Origin: Dehalococcoides mccartyi | GTDB lineage: Bacteria > Chloroflexota > Dehalococcoidia > GIF9 > DYGU01 | Direction: 5' to 3' | Assembly (NCBI GenBank): GCA_020724525.1 | Contig: DYGU01000002.1 | Coordinates: 29,388-93,387 of the forward strand | DNA length: 64,000 bases | In this document: positions 63,683-64,000 of the stretch, in pieces | Layout of the letters: each line of letters begins with the position of its first letter | Numbering within the stretch: the first letter of the stretch is position 1 | Notes under the pieces: generated by a model | Seen by the model: only the letters and a program-made list of their open reading frames with translations | Databases searched by the model: none | What the model was told of the DNA's origin: nothing | Program-made: the position numbers and the translations under genes

Positions 63683-64000
63683 ATGACTCCAGAGGTTATT
63701 ATAGAAGTCCTTAAGAGTATGACTGTGCTGGAGTTAGCCGAATTGGTGAAAGCTCTTGAGACTGAGTTTGGAGTCACGGCTGTGTCTCCAGTGGCTGTAG
63801 CGGCTCCGGCTAAGACAGCTGAGGCAGTCACGGCACTACCGGCTGAAGAAGAAAAAGTGGAATTTAAGGTAATCCTTAAGGAAATTGGGGCTAATAAGAT
63901 TAATGTCATTAAAGCCGTCCGAGAGGTAGTGGCACTGGGGCTGAAAGAAGCCAAAGATTTGGTAGAAGGGGCACCTCAGGTAGTAAAAGAAGGCGTCACC
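63683..64000 (+). CDS. rplL: 50S ribosomal protein L7/L12 (partial, runs off window end)
   Basis: Manual translation gives [31 protein letters not shown]...[30 protein letters not shown]. An in-frame upstream ATG at 63593 with a strong GGAGGTG site is an alternative start. Confidence 0.9.
   Translation, partial: MTPEVIIEVLKSMTVLELAELVKALETEFGVTAVSPVAVAAPAKTAEAVTALPAEEEKVEFKVILKEIGANKINVIKAVREVVALGLKEAKDLVEGAPQVVKEGVT

Noticed and set aside
63550-63954. 134-aa minus-strand ORF
   Set aside because: It is antisense to rplJ and rplL. Its low-complexity Ala/Ser/Thr composition is typical of the reverse frame of an Ala/Glu/Lys-rich gene.

Overview
This is a bacterial chromosomal window. It carries tuf-rpmG-secE-nusG-rplKAJL, polA, leuS, gltX, glyQS, clpB and dnaJ, so it is clearly bacterial, but I cannot assign a taxon from sequence alone.

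Gene content, left to right:
- 1-13.1 kb: a cell-envelope/glycosylation locus. It holds dTDP-rhamnose genes (rmlD/B/A), a GT2-flippase fusion, an archaeal-type STT3/AglB-like oligosaccharyltransferase, a geranylgeranyl-reductase homologue and uppS. A 3.7 kb accessory island interrupts it (two Uma2 genes, MNT-HEPN, two tandem retropepsin-like proteases, a PaREP1-like gene, and a truncated GT copy).
- 13.1-14.8 kb: decayed oxidoreductase and amidohydrolase genes.
- 14.9-20.4 kb: a complete dsrMKJOP-type membrane redox module, with no dsrAB or dsrC in the window.
- 21-26.4 kb: housekeeping genes (leuS, yggS, proC, fdx, coaD, rsmD).
- 26.8-30.1 kb: a heavily decayed 2-hydroxyacyl-CoA dehydratase/activator locus.
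- 30.1-37.4 kb: glyQS, sbcD-like, dksA-like, lspA, rluD, gltX.
- 37.5-38.8 kb: a membrane-anchored Ig-like protein whose collagen-like linker carries an in-frame TGA.
- 39.9-43.4 kb: a type II restriction-modification plus MNT-HEPN island inserted between mutM and polA. It includes a perfect 148-bp tandem duplication.
- 46.3-57.9 kb: argF, der, plsY, gpsA, dnaJ, a NUDIX gene, a cbpA-hspR-clpB heat-shock cluster and two membrane or methyltransferase-like genes.
- 57.9-64 kb: a tRNA cluster (Ala, Glu, Thr, Tyr, Thr) interleaved with small ORFs, then the tuf and ribosomal-protein operons.

Most notable non-genic signal: a family of roughly 90-115 bp hairpin-containing MITE-like elements with 8-11 bp target-site duplications (five clear copies, possibly seven). 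One copy rewrote the C-terminus of RluD. A related repeat sits in-frame inside the glycosyltransferase.

No CRISPR array, rRNA, integrase or transposase gene is visible. All functional calls come from motif and architecture recognition by eye. No database search was run.
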